This document shows positions 23,845-36,899 of a stretch of DNA of 64,000 nt, piece after piece. Source of the stretch: Octopus sinensis (taxonomy: Eukaryota); contig NC_043000.1 in the NCBI RefSeq assembly GCF_006345805.1, positions 34,720,001-34,784,000 on the forward strand, given 5' to 3'. The notes under the pieces are model-generated. The model did not search any database, was not told where the DNA came from, and worked only from the letters and a program-made list of their open reading frames with translations. The translations under genes were made by a program, and so were the position numbers. Each line of letters starts with the position of its first letter. Position 1 is the first letter of the stretch.

Positions 23845-24290
23845 ATTCTATACATTCTATACAAAATTCAAAGGAAACTCACAATGGAAAATTGCTTCCA
23901 TATCTGGTGCAGCACTGAAGCAACACTCAAACACATCATAAGCCATTGAAGTTTAATGGGAAGGATTCATCCAACAGCACCAACTTTAACACTCAAATCC
24001 ACTGTCTCCTCAGCCTGACTCTTCTACAACTACTATGACAGCCTCTGCTCTTCACAGCTAGACACTCACAATCACCCCCCCCCCCATTCAAACCTACCAA
24101 TCCTTCCTCCTTTGGTCAACCATTCTGTGCTTACCCTCTCGGGCTTCACACTAATCACTGGACACAAGCCTTCTTCCTTAGGGTGTCATCATTCTGGAAC
24201 TTGTTACCTAATCATGTTTTTACCACAGCCTTTAGCTTTCGTGATGGTCTATAAAGGTCATAGACACATACTAAACGGAAGGGAGATGGA
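23845..24290 (+). pseudogene. degenerate CR1/L2/Jockey-group LINE ORF2 C-terminal remnant
   Basis: LYILYKIQRKLTMENCFHIWCS (compare LYK.Q.RP.MEYC.HIW), LTLFYNYYDSLCSSQL and HWTQAFFLRVSSFWNLLPNHVF (compare SFFPR...WN.LP). Confidence 0.5.
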
Positions 24291-25971
24291 AGGGTGGCTC
24301 GATTGAAAGAAGATGAGTAGAAGGGTCAATAGATAGGCAGCAAGACAGACAGACAGACATGAAGACACTGAATGGTTAGGGTTAGGGTTAGGGTTGCTTT
24401 CACAACTTTTCTGTTTTTACAATCTCTTCTAGATTGTGTCTGTAAGAATTACCGGTCTTATTGTTACAATTATTACAATGATGGTGAATATAGTTGAATA
24501 TTGTACACTGGATCAATATTTTAACCGATGTAGAGAGCTGAACATAACTATGCACACATACAGTTGCACCAGCACATATGCACACAGATATATACCGATG
24601 CGCAGCCACTACCTTTGACACGTGATGAATGAGAAGTAGTTATGCTCATGCTTCTCTTAAAGTGAAGCAACAGTGAAAACTGCATAGTTGACTTTCTGGA
24701 GGCTTAACTCGAATACTTCATCAACCCAAGCCATAACCACCATTCCCACCTCTAAACTGAAAGTTGAACAGAGAACAAGAAGGAGCCGGATATACTTTAA
24801 ACTAAGCAAAACAACTAAAAAGAAGACCTAAGTTTTCCATATCAATTGGAAGCATTTCATTGTGCTAAATTCTAAATTCATTTAATGTTGAAAGAAGGAA
24901 ACTGGGTGTATAAATATCCGCCAGATAGTTGAAACTAAGATTTGATTTTAAAGGCATTCTGTTACATGTTTTTGTTAACGCCCACTCAGCCTGAAAATTA
25001 ATTTCTCAGAATACATTTAATTAATCAATTAATCAATTTTGATGTTGTTTACTTGTGATTTGTTTCATATTATTGCATGTAAACAGCTAAATAGGACACT
25101 AAGAGCAAGTAATTTCACTGAAATTTATTTCCAATATAGGTTGATCTTATTAGCACATGTATGGGTGGGGGTTTGTGTGACTGCATGTGCTTATTCATTA
25201 GTCTTTAGTTCATATATTCATTACACACACATTTACATGTCTGGTGTATTACCCTAGAGAATTATTAGCTAAAGAAGTACTTGGTCACTTGTATGCATTT
25301 CTTTATTTGCTTCACATTAATTTTCCATGCTTGTATAAATCGGATGTGTACATGTTATAGAGGCATTGTTTTACAGCCGGATGCCTTTCCTGTCACTAAC
25401 CCTTACCTGTTTTTCAAGTAAGTGCAAGTGCTGGACAATGATTTTGCTGATAAGGAATGTCAACAAACGTTACTATTTTTAGCTCATCACTTGTCATACA
25501 AAGCACAAAATGTAAATATTCATACACACACACACAATATAATATAAAATATACACAGGTGTATGTGTATTAAAACACTTTGGTCAGCGCCACCTCAACC
25601 CACCTCAGGTGAATTCCACTGAAAGTATCTGTAGTTCAGTATAGAGAATGAGCTACTCTACCAATATCTAGAACCTGAATAACTAATGTCTACAGATAAA
25701 GAAGTTATGCACACTTTTACACTTATATATATATAAGTGTTTGTGTGTATATGTATGTGTGTGGATGTATGAGTATGACGGGCTTCCATGCAGTTACTAA
25801 TTACCAATTTCATACACTGATCAGTCCAATATTCTGTACTGTGAGATAACAATTGAGACAATGTCAGGCAAAAAACGAAGTTTCATATCCAGAAAGCCAT
25901 GCCTCTATCTATAAAGCAAGCTTTGTAGCTGAATCTCTCTCTCTCTCTCTCTCTTGACATATATATATATA

Positions 25972-26522
<551 letters not shown>

Positions 26523-26602
26523 AATTTACTTCTAATAAATGGATAAGATTTTTTCAAAAAAAATCTCATCAAGTAGCCAGCATATTAAAATATCATTTAT
26601 AA

Positions 26603-26817
26603 ACAATTATAAATAAGGGCAAAAGAAAAACATTTCTATGCCAATATGCTAAGAAATAGACTTTAAATCAGCAATCACCACATACAATATATATCACTAT
26701 AAATACACGATGTTTATTTTTAGTGATATATACTGTATGTGGTGATTGATGATTTAAAGTCTATTTCTCAGCATATTGGCATGGAAATGTTTTTCTTTTG
26801 CCCTTATTTATAATTGT
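26603..26817. repeat. foldback (palindromic) repeat with ~97-bp arms
   Basis: acaattataaataagggcaaaagaaaaacatttc..atatatcacta / tagtgatatata..gaaatgtttttcttttgcccttatttataattgt, with few mismatches and a ~21-nt centre. Confidence 0.9.
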
Positions 26818-27873
26818 ATATATATTCATATATCATCATTATCATTTATCATCCATTTTCATGCTATATGTATGTGTGTGTGTGTGTGTGTGTGAGTGTG
26901 TGCATGTTTGTGTATGTGCACGTGTGTCTCTATATGTCTACACACATTATATTCCATATGATATAATATGCAACAAAACCTCCATAAAACTACAAAGCCC
27001 TAAATAAGTGCTACAACTAAGAGAATTAGACTTCCAATGAAGGGCAATCATGCAATAACAATGAATGATGTAATCATCATCACTTAATGTCCATTTTCCA
27101 TGTTGACATGGGTTGGATGGTTTGACAAGAGCTACACCAAGCTCCAGTTGTCTGTTTTGGAATGGTTACTACAGCTGGATGCCCTTCTTAATGCCAACTG
27201 CTTTACAGAGTGCACTGGGTGCTTTTTATGTGATACCAGCACAGGTGGTTTTTACACACAAAATAAGTAAGCACTTGTTTACTGGCAAAGTGGAAAACAT
27301 GCCTGAACCAATGCATTGCTTCAAATGGAGAATATTTTGAAGGTGATAAAAGTGTAAACCTGTAAATCTAAGTGGATAAAATAACACTGCAAAATTCTGG
27401 TTTCTTCTGCACCTCTTTGCCGTGAACAGGAATTAGTTTTCTCTCTTCACTCCTTTGTGCCACATGCACTCAACTCTCCTCCCCTTTTCATCTAACCCTC
27501 CTCTCCACCTTCTCCCTTCCACACTCCCCCTTCATCGTCACCCCACCTCTATATATTCCCACCCCACCATCCCTATACATCCCATCTCACACATTCCACT
27601 CCCACACCACCACACCACCCTGCACACACTAACACTGACCACTTCTCAGCACCCACACCATCATCCACACACCTACACATGCACACACACACGTCACCAG
27701 CCCCTATCCACATGCACATACACGCTCTCACATACATATGCACCTTCACTTTGGGATCAGCACTACTTTTTTTTATCTCCCCTTCTTCCTAGCTCTCCTG
27801 TCTGACTACCTCTGTCATGACTGATCACTAGCCACTAAACCTTCTTTATTTTCTCAGCTTATTTCTGTGTTTC

Positions 27874-27909
27874 CTTTCTGTTGAAGAGCGTACGCTTGAA
27901 ACGTAAAAG
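27874..27909 (+). ncRNA. candidate minimal type I hammerhead (variant core CTGTTGA), PLE-type
   Basis: cttt-CTGTTGA-a-gagc-gtac-gctt-GAAA-cgt-a-aaag. Stem I cttt/aaag, stem II gagc/gctt, palindromic ACGT, GUA site. The conserved A6 is T here. Confidence 0.45.
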
Positions 27910-27995
27910 ACTTTCTCACTTCCTGAGCATTAAACTAATACATCTCTTTGTTGTTTACACACCTGTCTTTGTCTTTTTTTTTTTTTGTAAATTCC

Positions 27996-28041
<46 letters not shown>

Positions 28042-29144
28042 TATATCATCATTTAATTCCAAGCTGGCATGGATTGGACAGCTAGACAGGATCTGATGGC
28101 TCAAAGGACTACATCTTTAATGTCTGTTTAGGCATGGTTCCTAGGGCTGGATGTCCTTCATAATTTAATTGCAGTGCAATACAATACCCACAGGACCATT
28201 TCATTTCTATAATGGGCCAGCATATAGTTTCTTAGGTTTGTTCAGATACAACAACCCTGCTGCTTATCATTCCCCATTTGGAATTTAGCTTTTATTTTCA
28301 GATAAACCATCCCATACGGCAGCAAACAGACCTCATGAGTAACATAAGAGTCATTGCTGCCAAAGATCCATTGCAAATGTCAATATTTGTAGAACCTGTT
28401 AATACAATGATGCTAGAATAAAAACGTATTTTAAAAACTTGATTCTTAGAGCTAAAAATAAAAGTATGTGTAAAGTGAATTAAACAAGCTGAAGAAATAT
28501 TCACTGGATGAAATGAGTGAGGTGATAGATAATTCCTTAATGAATGCCTACAGAATATTCTTCACATGGATTCGTTTTAATATAGTTATTTGCGATACCT
28601 TAAACGACCATCAACATGATAATTATTGTTGTTGCTGCTGTCATCCTCTCTTTTACAATAGCTGTTAGTATAATCAACATCGATAATAACCATTATTGCT
28701 CACTGATGCTACAGTCATTACAAATGATGACTTTTTAAAGACAGACTGGGGAATAAGAAGACTTATAAACAAATTTCAATAAAAATTAAAATTCAGAAAC
28801 ACGTCAGCTCTGTTCTTACCGATGTTCTTATATTATTCCAACACTTATTGTAGTAGTTATGGCAAACAGTCATTGCTTGGCAGCAATTTTTAGAAGCTAA
28901 AATCTTAATACAATATTTCGTATGTATACACACATACACACTCACAGATATGTATGTTGGTGTGGGTGTACATTCCAAAAAGGACTGAAAAGTATATACA
29001 GCTGTTCCCCTCTCTCTGTCTGCACACACAGTGGGAAGATGACTTGTTTATAATTCTTGTAACACACAGTAAATAACTATTGATGTGTTCTATAATTCAT
29101 TATAGTAACAAAAAGAAACACTGCTAACACATATGTAATCTTAT

Positions 29145-29325
29145 ATATGTGTGTTTATACACACACGCACATATATATATTTATATGTGTGGGTAGGTAT
29201 GTATGTATGTGTGTGTATTTATTTATATATATATATATATATTTATATGTAGGTGTATATATATGTGTGTGTGTATGTATGTGTATATATATATGCATAT
29301 ATGTGTGTATATATATACATAAGTG
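29145..29325. repeat. compound (TA)/(TG) microsatellite
   Basis: Directly visible. Confidence 0.95.
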
Positions 29326-29333
29326 TGTGAATG

Positions 29334-30232
29334 TCATCATCATCGTTTAACGTCCGCTTTCCATGCTAGCATGGGTTGGATGATTTGCCTGAGGACTGGC
29401 GAACCAGATGGCTGCACCCAACTTCAATCTGATCTGGCAGAGTTTCTACAGTTGGATGCCTTTCCTAACGCCAACCGCTCCGAGAGTGTAGTGAGTGCTT
29501 TTACGTGCCACCGGCATGAGGGCCAGTCAGGTGGTACTGGCAACAGCCACGCTCAAATGGTGCTTTTTATGTGCCACGTGCACAGGAGCCAGTTCAGCGG
29601 CACTGGCAATGACCTCACCCGAATGTTTTTTTTCATGTGCCACCAGCACAAGTGCTAGTAAGGCGACATATATATATATGCATATATGTTCCTCCTTTCA
29701 AATGTTGGCCTCACAGAGGCAACGACTGGGACCTTTGGCATTATGTCGCGCTTGAGAAGAAGACCCATCAAACAAAGCAAGCAAAATCGCAGTCATAGCA
29801 GATACTGGTGTCACACAAATGTAAAAGCACCCATTACACTCTTGGAGCTGTTGGCATTAGGAAAGGCATCCAGCTGTAGAAACCATGCCAAAACAGACTG
29901 GAGTCTGGTGCAGCCTTCCAGCTTACCAACCCTAGTCATACTGTCCAATGACGATATATCATCATCATCGTTTAACGTCCGTTTTCCATGCTAGCATGGG
30001 TTGGATGGTTCGACCGGGGTTTGGGAAGCCAGGAGGCTGCACCAGGCTCCAGTCTGATCTGGCAGTGTTTCTACAGCTGGATGTCCTTCCTAACGCCAAC
30101 CACTCTGTGAGTGTAGTGGGTGCTTTTTACGTGGCACTGGCACAGGTGCCAGGGGAAGCTGGCAACGGCCACGATCAGTTGGTGCTTTTTACATGCCACC
30201 AGCACGGAAGCCAGTCAAGGTGGCGCTGGCAC
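29334..30232. mobile_element. cluster of three RTE 3' UTR-derived repeats (-, +, -)
   Basis: Tails at 29334 (-), ~29950 (+) and 29957 (-), with the conserved ttaacgtccg..ccatgctagcatgg..ggatgcc..cctaacgccaacc motifs. Confidence 0.85.
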
Positions 30233-30773
30233 TATATATATATATATATGTGTATATACACACACACTCACACACACATTTACATATCACTGTATGAACC
30301 AGGTGTCAAATGTAGCTATGTTGTTATACACTGCTGGTCACAATGCACTTCTGATTCTTTCTTAATTGTGCTATTTTCTGCCATCTTGACCCAATTCATG
30401 TAAATAAATAATTTTCCCATTGTTGTAGAGACCTTATCAGCAACCTTTTCCAGTCTCTCAGAAACCACTCAACAAGTCCAGCCCAACAGAATTTGTGCCT
30501 TTGGTATTCTGCAGTTATGCCATGCACTCCACTCCATTCTCAAATCATTTCATTTTGGATAAGCTCTTGCAATGATACTTCTATTCTGAATCTTCCCATG
30601 GCCTTTGCGTTGTAGCTAATCAGTGTTCTTCCCTCTTCATTGAGGCCTGCATCTCACTTGTCTATATGAGTGTAGGTAGGAGGGTGCTATTGAAAAGTGA
30701 GACATGTATGGGCTTGTTCAGCTTTGCTTTGAACACATCCTTTATTGAGGTAAAATCTTTCATCCTGCCCTTA

Positions 30774-30816
<43 letters not shown>

Positions 30817-30835
30817 TTGTATGTATGTATGTAAG

Positions 30836-31325
30836 TATATAAGGAAAATAAGTCAAGGTAGAAATTTCTAAAATAATTTTATCATAAAAATACTTCTCAG
30901 TACCAGTTTCAGTTATGGAGACTTTTTCAACTGTAAGTATGGAAAACAATTAAATTTTGTTGTCTGGGGAGAGTCAAATAAATTTTGGTAAAATTAAATG
31001 AAAAGTTTTTTAAAAGAATATTTGCATAGTATTCAAATACAAGGGGCATTTTCCTTGTTACTTCCTGTCTCTGTCTCTCTGTTTTTTTTACTCTTGAAAA
31101 AAAGAGAGACAGAAACAAGGAGAAACAAGGAAAATGCTTCTTGTATTTGAATACTATGCAAATATTTTATTTTTCTTAAAAAACTTTACATTTAATTTTT
31201 CCACAATTTAATTGTTTTCCATACTTACAGTTGAAAAAGTCTCAATGACTGAAACCATTACTAAAATGTATTTTTATGATAAAATTATTTTAGCATTTTC
31301 TACCTTGACTTATTTTCCTTATATA
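30836..31325. mobile_element. ~490-bp foldback element (MITE-like) with TA-rich ends
   Basis: tatataaggaaaataagtcaaggtag / ctaccttgacttattttccttatata, with diverged arms pairing all the way to a ~7-nt loop at ~31090-31096. The ORF track shows the same peptide (MFSILTVEKVS..YFYDKIIL..STLTYFPYI) on both strands. Confidence 0.88.
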
Positions 31326-32121
31326 TATATCAACTCATGTGTTCCTTTTCAACCTCACACACACATTCACATATATATATATAAAATATGGGGATTTAGT
31401 TCACAGGTGATCTAAATGACTAGGTATGCACAGTAAAGTGCTGTAATGAATTACTAGGTCTCCATGGTCATAGCTGAGATGGTAGTTATGGAACCACACA
31501 TTTCCAATATAGCAGATATATGATTGTTTTTTTTCCTCTAATAATAATATTGTATATGAATTGAGATGTTTGTCTTCCCTTAATGTTTGTTGTCCTCTTC
31601 AACAATTATGTGTGTGTGTGTGTAGATGAAATGTGGGGAAATTATACCAAAGGACAACCACTCTTCTGAGCTGCTCCCAATCAATATTTATCCCTCATTC
31701 ATAACATTGTTCTTACGCAAGTTTACTTACATCCTTGTTCACCGTTTACTATGATCATCTAATTGATGTAGCCATGAATCTTCTCCACATGAAACCCAGG
31801 CACTACAATGGCTAACAAGCTCTGAACAGCAAATGAATGACTTAACATGCATCTATGGATGGAGACTCTGCTCTCAAAATGGATGAGAAATTCGTCGAAC
31901 AGTGATTGGACAAGACTCTCAACTGGTGATTCAAGAGCAGCACTCTGTGTGTACGGACAAGACACAGGAATACCAGGGAGAAAATCCAGTGCTGAGGGTA
32001 TCCAAGCAAATAATGTCTGTCACGAGACACAAGCGAAGTATCTCAGAATCAAAATTCCTGCAGTGAGAAACTTTGGAGTATGCTCAGTTGTGCATCATTT
32101 GGTGGTCTTTATGACCAGGTG

Positions 32122-32152
<31 letters not shown>

Positions 32153-32619
32153 ATAGATTATCCAAAGATTCTAGATTCTGTCCCCATTAAAAGTAGCACT
32201 CAGAGTGTAAGAAACTAAAAGGCTGAAATATTTGCTTGATTTGAGTTCTTCCTCTGAAGATTTCTCCTGCTGTTCATGCACCCCATAGCAAGTTTCCACC
32301 TACTGTAATGTGTGTGTGTGAGTGTGGGTGTGTGTGTTTGTATGTGCGTGTGTGTTCATTTGTGCAAGCCATGTATTTCTCTTGTCTGCTTGTGTTCATT
32401 TGTGGATTCTAAACAATGGTTTAACTAACACTGACATCTGGTTGCAGTCCACTTTGAAAGCATGTCCAAACATCTTGACATGTTGCCTGATGACTGTAAG
32501 CAAAAGGGTTTGTTCATACAGTGTAATTTGTTTCTGGTTCTCTATGTAAACATGTCTAGACTATTTGTTGTTTGACAGTCTGGGAGATCAGTATCTCACT
32601 TAGAAACATGTGGGAGTTG

Positions 32620-32900
32620 ACAACAGGAGGAGATAAGACTTGATGAAGTGGAGTCTTTTCTGTATCTTAAAATCCCTACATTCAGAAATAAACTTGAAGA
32701 TAGAGAAATCTTTATTTGTGTAAGGGACCCAGTAGAACTGAATTCAACCAGACAGAGTCTTGAAACAGTTCACTGAGCTTTGCATCTATAATGCTTGCAT
32801 CGTCACATCCCTGCTGTATATTCATTTGAAACATGAATGCCATGTTGACAACATATCAAAACACTTAATATAGATTTGCATGGATTTTGATGAAGAGAGC
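32620..32900 (+). pseudogene. old RTE-type RT remnant
   Basis: LDEVESFLYL and LYNACIVTSLLY motifs, compare LEIVDSFRYLG and LYDACVRTAMLHG at 53.7-53.9 kb. Confidence 0.45.
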
Positions 32901-33239
32901 TCAGTTGTGAGATCAACTGAATTTCCTGCTCATCGAATAAACATACACGAGTTCAAAACCCTGTATCACTTCACCTGTTTTCACCACCACCACCACCAAT
33001 GTTCTGCAAGGGCATATTTAGACACATCATCATTATCTCTCTCACAATCCTGCACTCCCTATCTTACTCTCCAACTCACTCTCCTTTCTTTTCCGACTGG
33101 GGCATCCAAGCATCTACTCTACAACAACACACCTATCTCTGTCCCTTTATACCTTTAATTTTTCAGCTGACACAAAGCCATCTGGCTCAATACTACTCCC
33201 CACTCCAAGCTGAAGGTTTTTTTGCCTATTATGTCTCAC

Positions 33240-33462
33240 AAGGTATTTGGTCACCATGTTGGTAATGATAGCACATAAAAATCACTTAAAACATTTTGTA
33301 AAGTGGCTGGCGTTAGGAATGGCATCGAGTTGTAAAACTATGCCAAAAACAAATTAGAGAACCTGGTATGGCTGCCAGCCTTGCCACATCCTGTCAAACC
33401 ATCCAACTCATGCCAGCATGGAAAATAGACGTTAATTGATGATGATGATGATGATGATGATT
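33240..33462 (+). mobile_element. RTE 3' tail-derived repeat
   Basis: gtggctggcgttaggaatggcatc..aaaccatccaactcatgccagcatggaaaatagacgttaa followed by (GAT)n. Confidence 0.75.
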
Positions 33463-34739
33463 CCACTGACACTTGTACCCTTCATGTAATTCTCATGCAG
33501 CATCAGTATGATAGCTTATACTTGTAAATTACTGGTACTGTCCATCCAAAGGGATTCTTTCTCACGGTGTCTAATCATTAAAGTCCATTCTCCAGATTTA
33601 AGTTACCTAACACTGTGGTAAAAGACACTTAGTCAAGATGCCAGAGTGCAGGATTGAACCTAGAGCTTCATGATTGCAAAGTGATTGTCTTAACCAACTA
33701 TACTATATGCACAGGCATACACACACACACACACACACGACAATACCTCTTTATTACATCTGAGATAGAGACAAATTCAGAGAATAAGAGAATCTGTAAG
33801 AATTAATTGCATGACTAAGAGATATTTGAAACCATAATGGAACATTTCCAGTTGATAGTAAAGACAATCCCTCAAGATTTTCTTAATTTCTGCAACAAAC
33901 CAGTAGTCATATGGCTTTAAAGAAAGTCTGGGGTGGCAGTGGTGGCGGTGGTGGTGGTGATGGTGGTTGGGGTGGCAGTGGGGGAATATTTTATTGTACA
34001 GCAACAATAATATAAGAGAAGTACAAGTGTTTCAAATGTAAAAGTGTAGTTTCAGATGTTGTCTTCTGTCTAGAATGTAGACAAGACGTTCTTGTGTTCT
34101 GCCAACACTGTGATTTGGTTTCTATGGCAATATTTCATATTGATATCATGTTGGGGAGTAAAATCATTCATTGTAGTTTAAATGCCAGCTTTGAAGATGA
34201 TAGAAACAACAGTAAAAACAAACAAATGCACAGATCAAGTAAAAGAGAGGATGCAGAAAGAGACACCATGAAAAACGATGGTGCTGCGTTATATAGCATC
34301 ACTGCCAATGTATTGTATGGTTTGAAATTGACCAAAGAATTAAAAAAATATTTGTCTTTTTCTTAAAAAGAAAAATAAATAAATAAAATCAAAGATCAAT
34401 ATTCTTTGTTTTTAATGAACAACCATTTTATTTTTAAAAGTGTTCCATGAACAAGATTTTTTTTGTACTTATAACCTCTCTCTTCAAGAGGTGAGGCCAG
34501 GCTGCTGTTAACTCTTTCACTGCCAAATTTACTGGAAACACTTGTAACAAACAGAACATACAATTAATTTCACTGGAAATCTAGTTGATAATAAAACAGA
34601 GTTTGAGTTATTTTCAAGTAGTTTTCTATTTTTTATTTCTGAGAGGAGATGTTAAAATAGCAAATGTCATACAAACTAGTAGAAAGTAATAGATTTATAT
34701 ACATATTTGTATGTATATATATATATAAATCTATGTATG

Positions 34740-35070
34740 TGTATGCACACAAATATATCTAGATCTCTCTCTCTATATCTATCTATCTAGATCTCTCTCT
34801 CTATCTATCTATCTACATCTATCAATCAATATCTATCTATCTATCTATATATATATATGTATTTCTCTGTCTATCTATATGTATTTCTATATCTATCTAT
34901 CTATGTGTGTGTGTATATATATATATATATATCCATCTCTCTAATATCTAGCTATCTGTCTATCTATCTATCTATTTATCTATCTATCTAACATCTACCT
35001 TCCTATCTACCTTCCTATCTATCTATCTACCTATCTATCTATATATCTATCTATATATCTATCTACATAC
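34740..35070. repeat. (CTAT)n-rich compound microsatellite
   Basis: Directly visible. Confidence 0.95.
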
Positions 35071-35409
35071 CCATCTACATCATCATCATTGCATGCACAA
35101 ACCATCCCAACCTTTACTCAAAAGAACATCAAGGGTGTGATAACTGAAAGGAGAGAGGACAGCACCAATACTCTACTCAGACTCATATCTCATCTGTAGG
35201 CTGGTGCAATATGAAATTAAGTGTCTTGCTCAAGGATCAACTATGCATTGTAATTGCTTATTTATTTATGAGCTTTTAACACACAAACTAAAGCATTTAT
35301 GGCCATGAGTTTACTTAACTGGATGGATCTTCTCAAGTACAGCAAATTGCCAGTGAACTTGGTCCTTTGTCATTTCTGTAAGGTTCAAGATCTGTAGATA
35401 ATTTTTTTA

Positions 35410-35750
35410 CCACTTCATCCTTCATCTTCCTGGGTCTTCCTCTTCAACATGTTCCCTCTACATTTAGGGATCAACACTTCTTTATGCAGCTGTCTTCATC
35501 CAAAAGCATCACATGATCATACCAGTGTAATCTTCTCTCTTGCACACTACATCCGATGCCTTTTATTGCCAGTTCTTCTCTAAATGTATTTACGTTTTGT
35601 TGTGCATGCACATTGACACTGCACATTCGGCAGAGCATGCTGGTTTCATTTCTTTCAAATCTTTTCATGTCCTCTGCAACTTCAACCTGCATTTCACTAA
35701 CATGTAGCATAGATGTGTGTACACAAGCAATGGAGGACGCACAGAGAGTG
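35410..35750 (-). pseudogene. RTE ORF2 C-terminal remnant
   Basis: ORF 35471-35809(-) contains AEDMKRFERNETSMLCRMCSVNVH..VQERRLHWYDHVMLLDEDSCIKKC, homologous to 53634-54311. Confidence 0.85.
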
Positions 35751-35938
35751 TGACAGGTAGAATAGGGTGGAGAAATTCTTTTCCCAAATAAATTGCATGT
35801 CGTATTCAAGGCTCTGATGAAGCTATAGTGTTATCCAGGTACTCAACTAAAAATCCACAGCAGAAACAAGCTGTAAGCTAATGAAGTTCATTACATAACT
35901 TTTGTTTTTTCAGTTGTCATCTCATTTTTTTATATGTA

Positions 35939-36485
35939 CGAGGGTGAGTCAAAAAGTAATGCCATTTTGTTTAGGATACGTATAATTATCAACACAGGAA
36001 CATGTATCATACATCAAAATGAAGCTGGTCCTCTGTGGATCACATCCCTACTTCTCAACATAGTCACCATTTCTATCGATAGCAATGTTCCACCTTCGAA
36101 TGAGAGAATGTATCTCTGCCCCGTAAAATTCTGTTGACTGTTCTTTGAGCCACTTCTTCACTAGTTTTCACTTCCTCGTCACTGGAATAATGTTTACCTC
36201 TCAAACCCTCTTTCATGGGGCTAAAGAGATGATAGTCCAGTGATAAGGAAGTGAAAACTGTAGTGAAGAAGTGGCTCAAAGAACAGTCAACGGAATTTTA
36301 CGGGGCAGGGATACATGCTCTCATCCGATGGTGAAACAATACTATTGAGAGAAACGGTGACTACATTGAGAAGTAGGGGTGTGATCCACAGAGGACCAGC
36401 TTCATTTTGATGTATGATACATGTTCCTGTGTTGGTAATTATACCAGTCCTAAACAAAATGGCATTACTTTTTGATTCACCCTCA
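35939..36485. mobile_element. 547-bp mariner-derived foldback MITE made of two inverted copies of the transposon 3' end
   Basis: TA TSDs at 35937-35938 and 36486-36487. Termini cgagggtgagtcaaaaagtaatgccattttgtttagga / tcctaaacaaaatggcattactttttgattcaccctca. Arms ~35939-36177 and ~36246-36485 each encode the mariner C-terminus (EVKTVVKKWLKEQSTEFY..GIHALI.RW...IERNGDYIEK). Confidence 0.9.
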
Positions 36486-36490
36486 TACAT

Positions 36491-36688
36491 ATTCTCTTGT
36501 TTCAGACATTTCACTGCGACTATGCTAGAGTACCACTTTTAGTCAAACAAATCGACCACAGGACTTATTCTTTGTAAGCCTAGTACTTATTGTATTGATC
36601 TTTTTAGCCAAACCACTAAGTTACAGGAATGTAAACACACCAACATCTCTTGTCAAGCGATGGTGGGAGGACAAACACAGACACACAA

Positions 36689-36731
<43 letters not shown>

Positions 36732-36899
36732 TATATATATACGACAGGGTTCTTTCAGTTTCCATCTACCAAATCCACTCACAAGGCTTTGGTTGGCCTG
36801 AGGTTATAGTAGAAGACACTTGCCCAAGGTGTCATGCAGTGGGACTGAACCCGGAACCATGTGATTGGTAAGCAAGCTACTTACTACACAGCCACTCCT
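36491..36899 (-). mobile_element. full-length SINE family A
   Basis: Colinear with the other family A copies. Confidence 0.85.
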
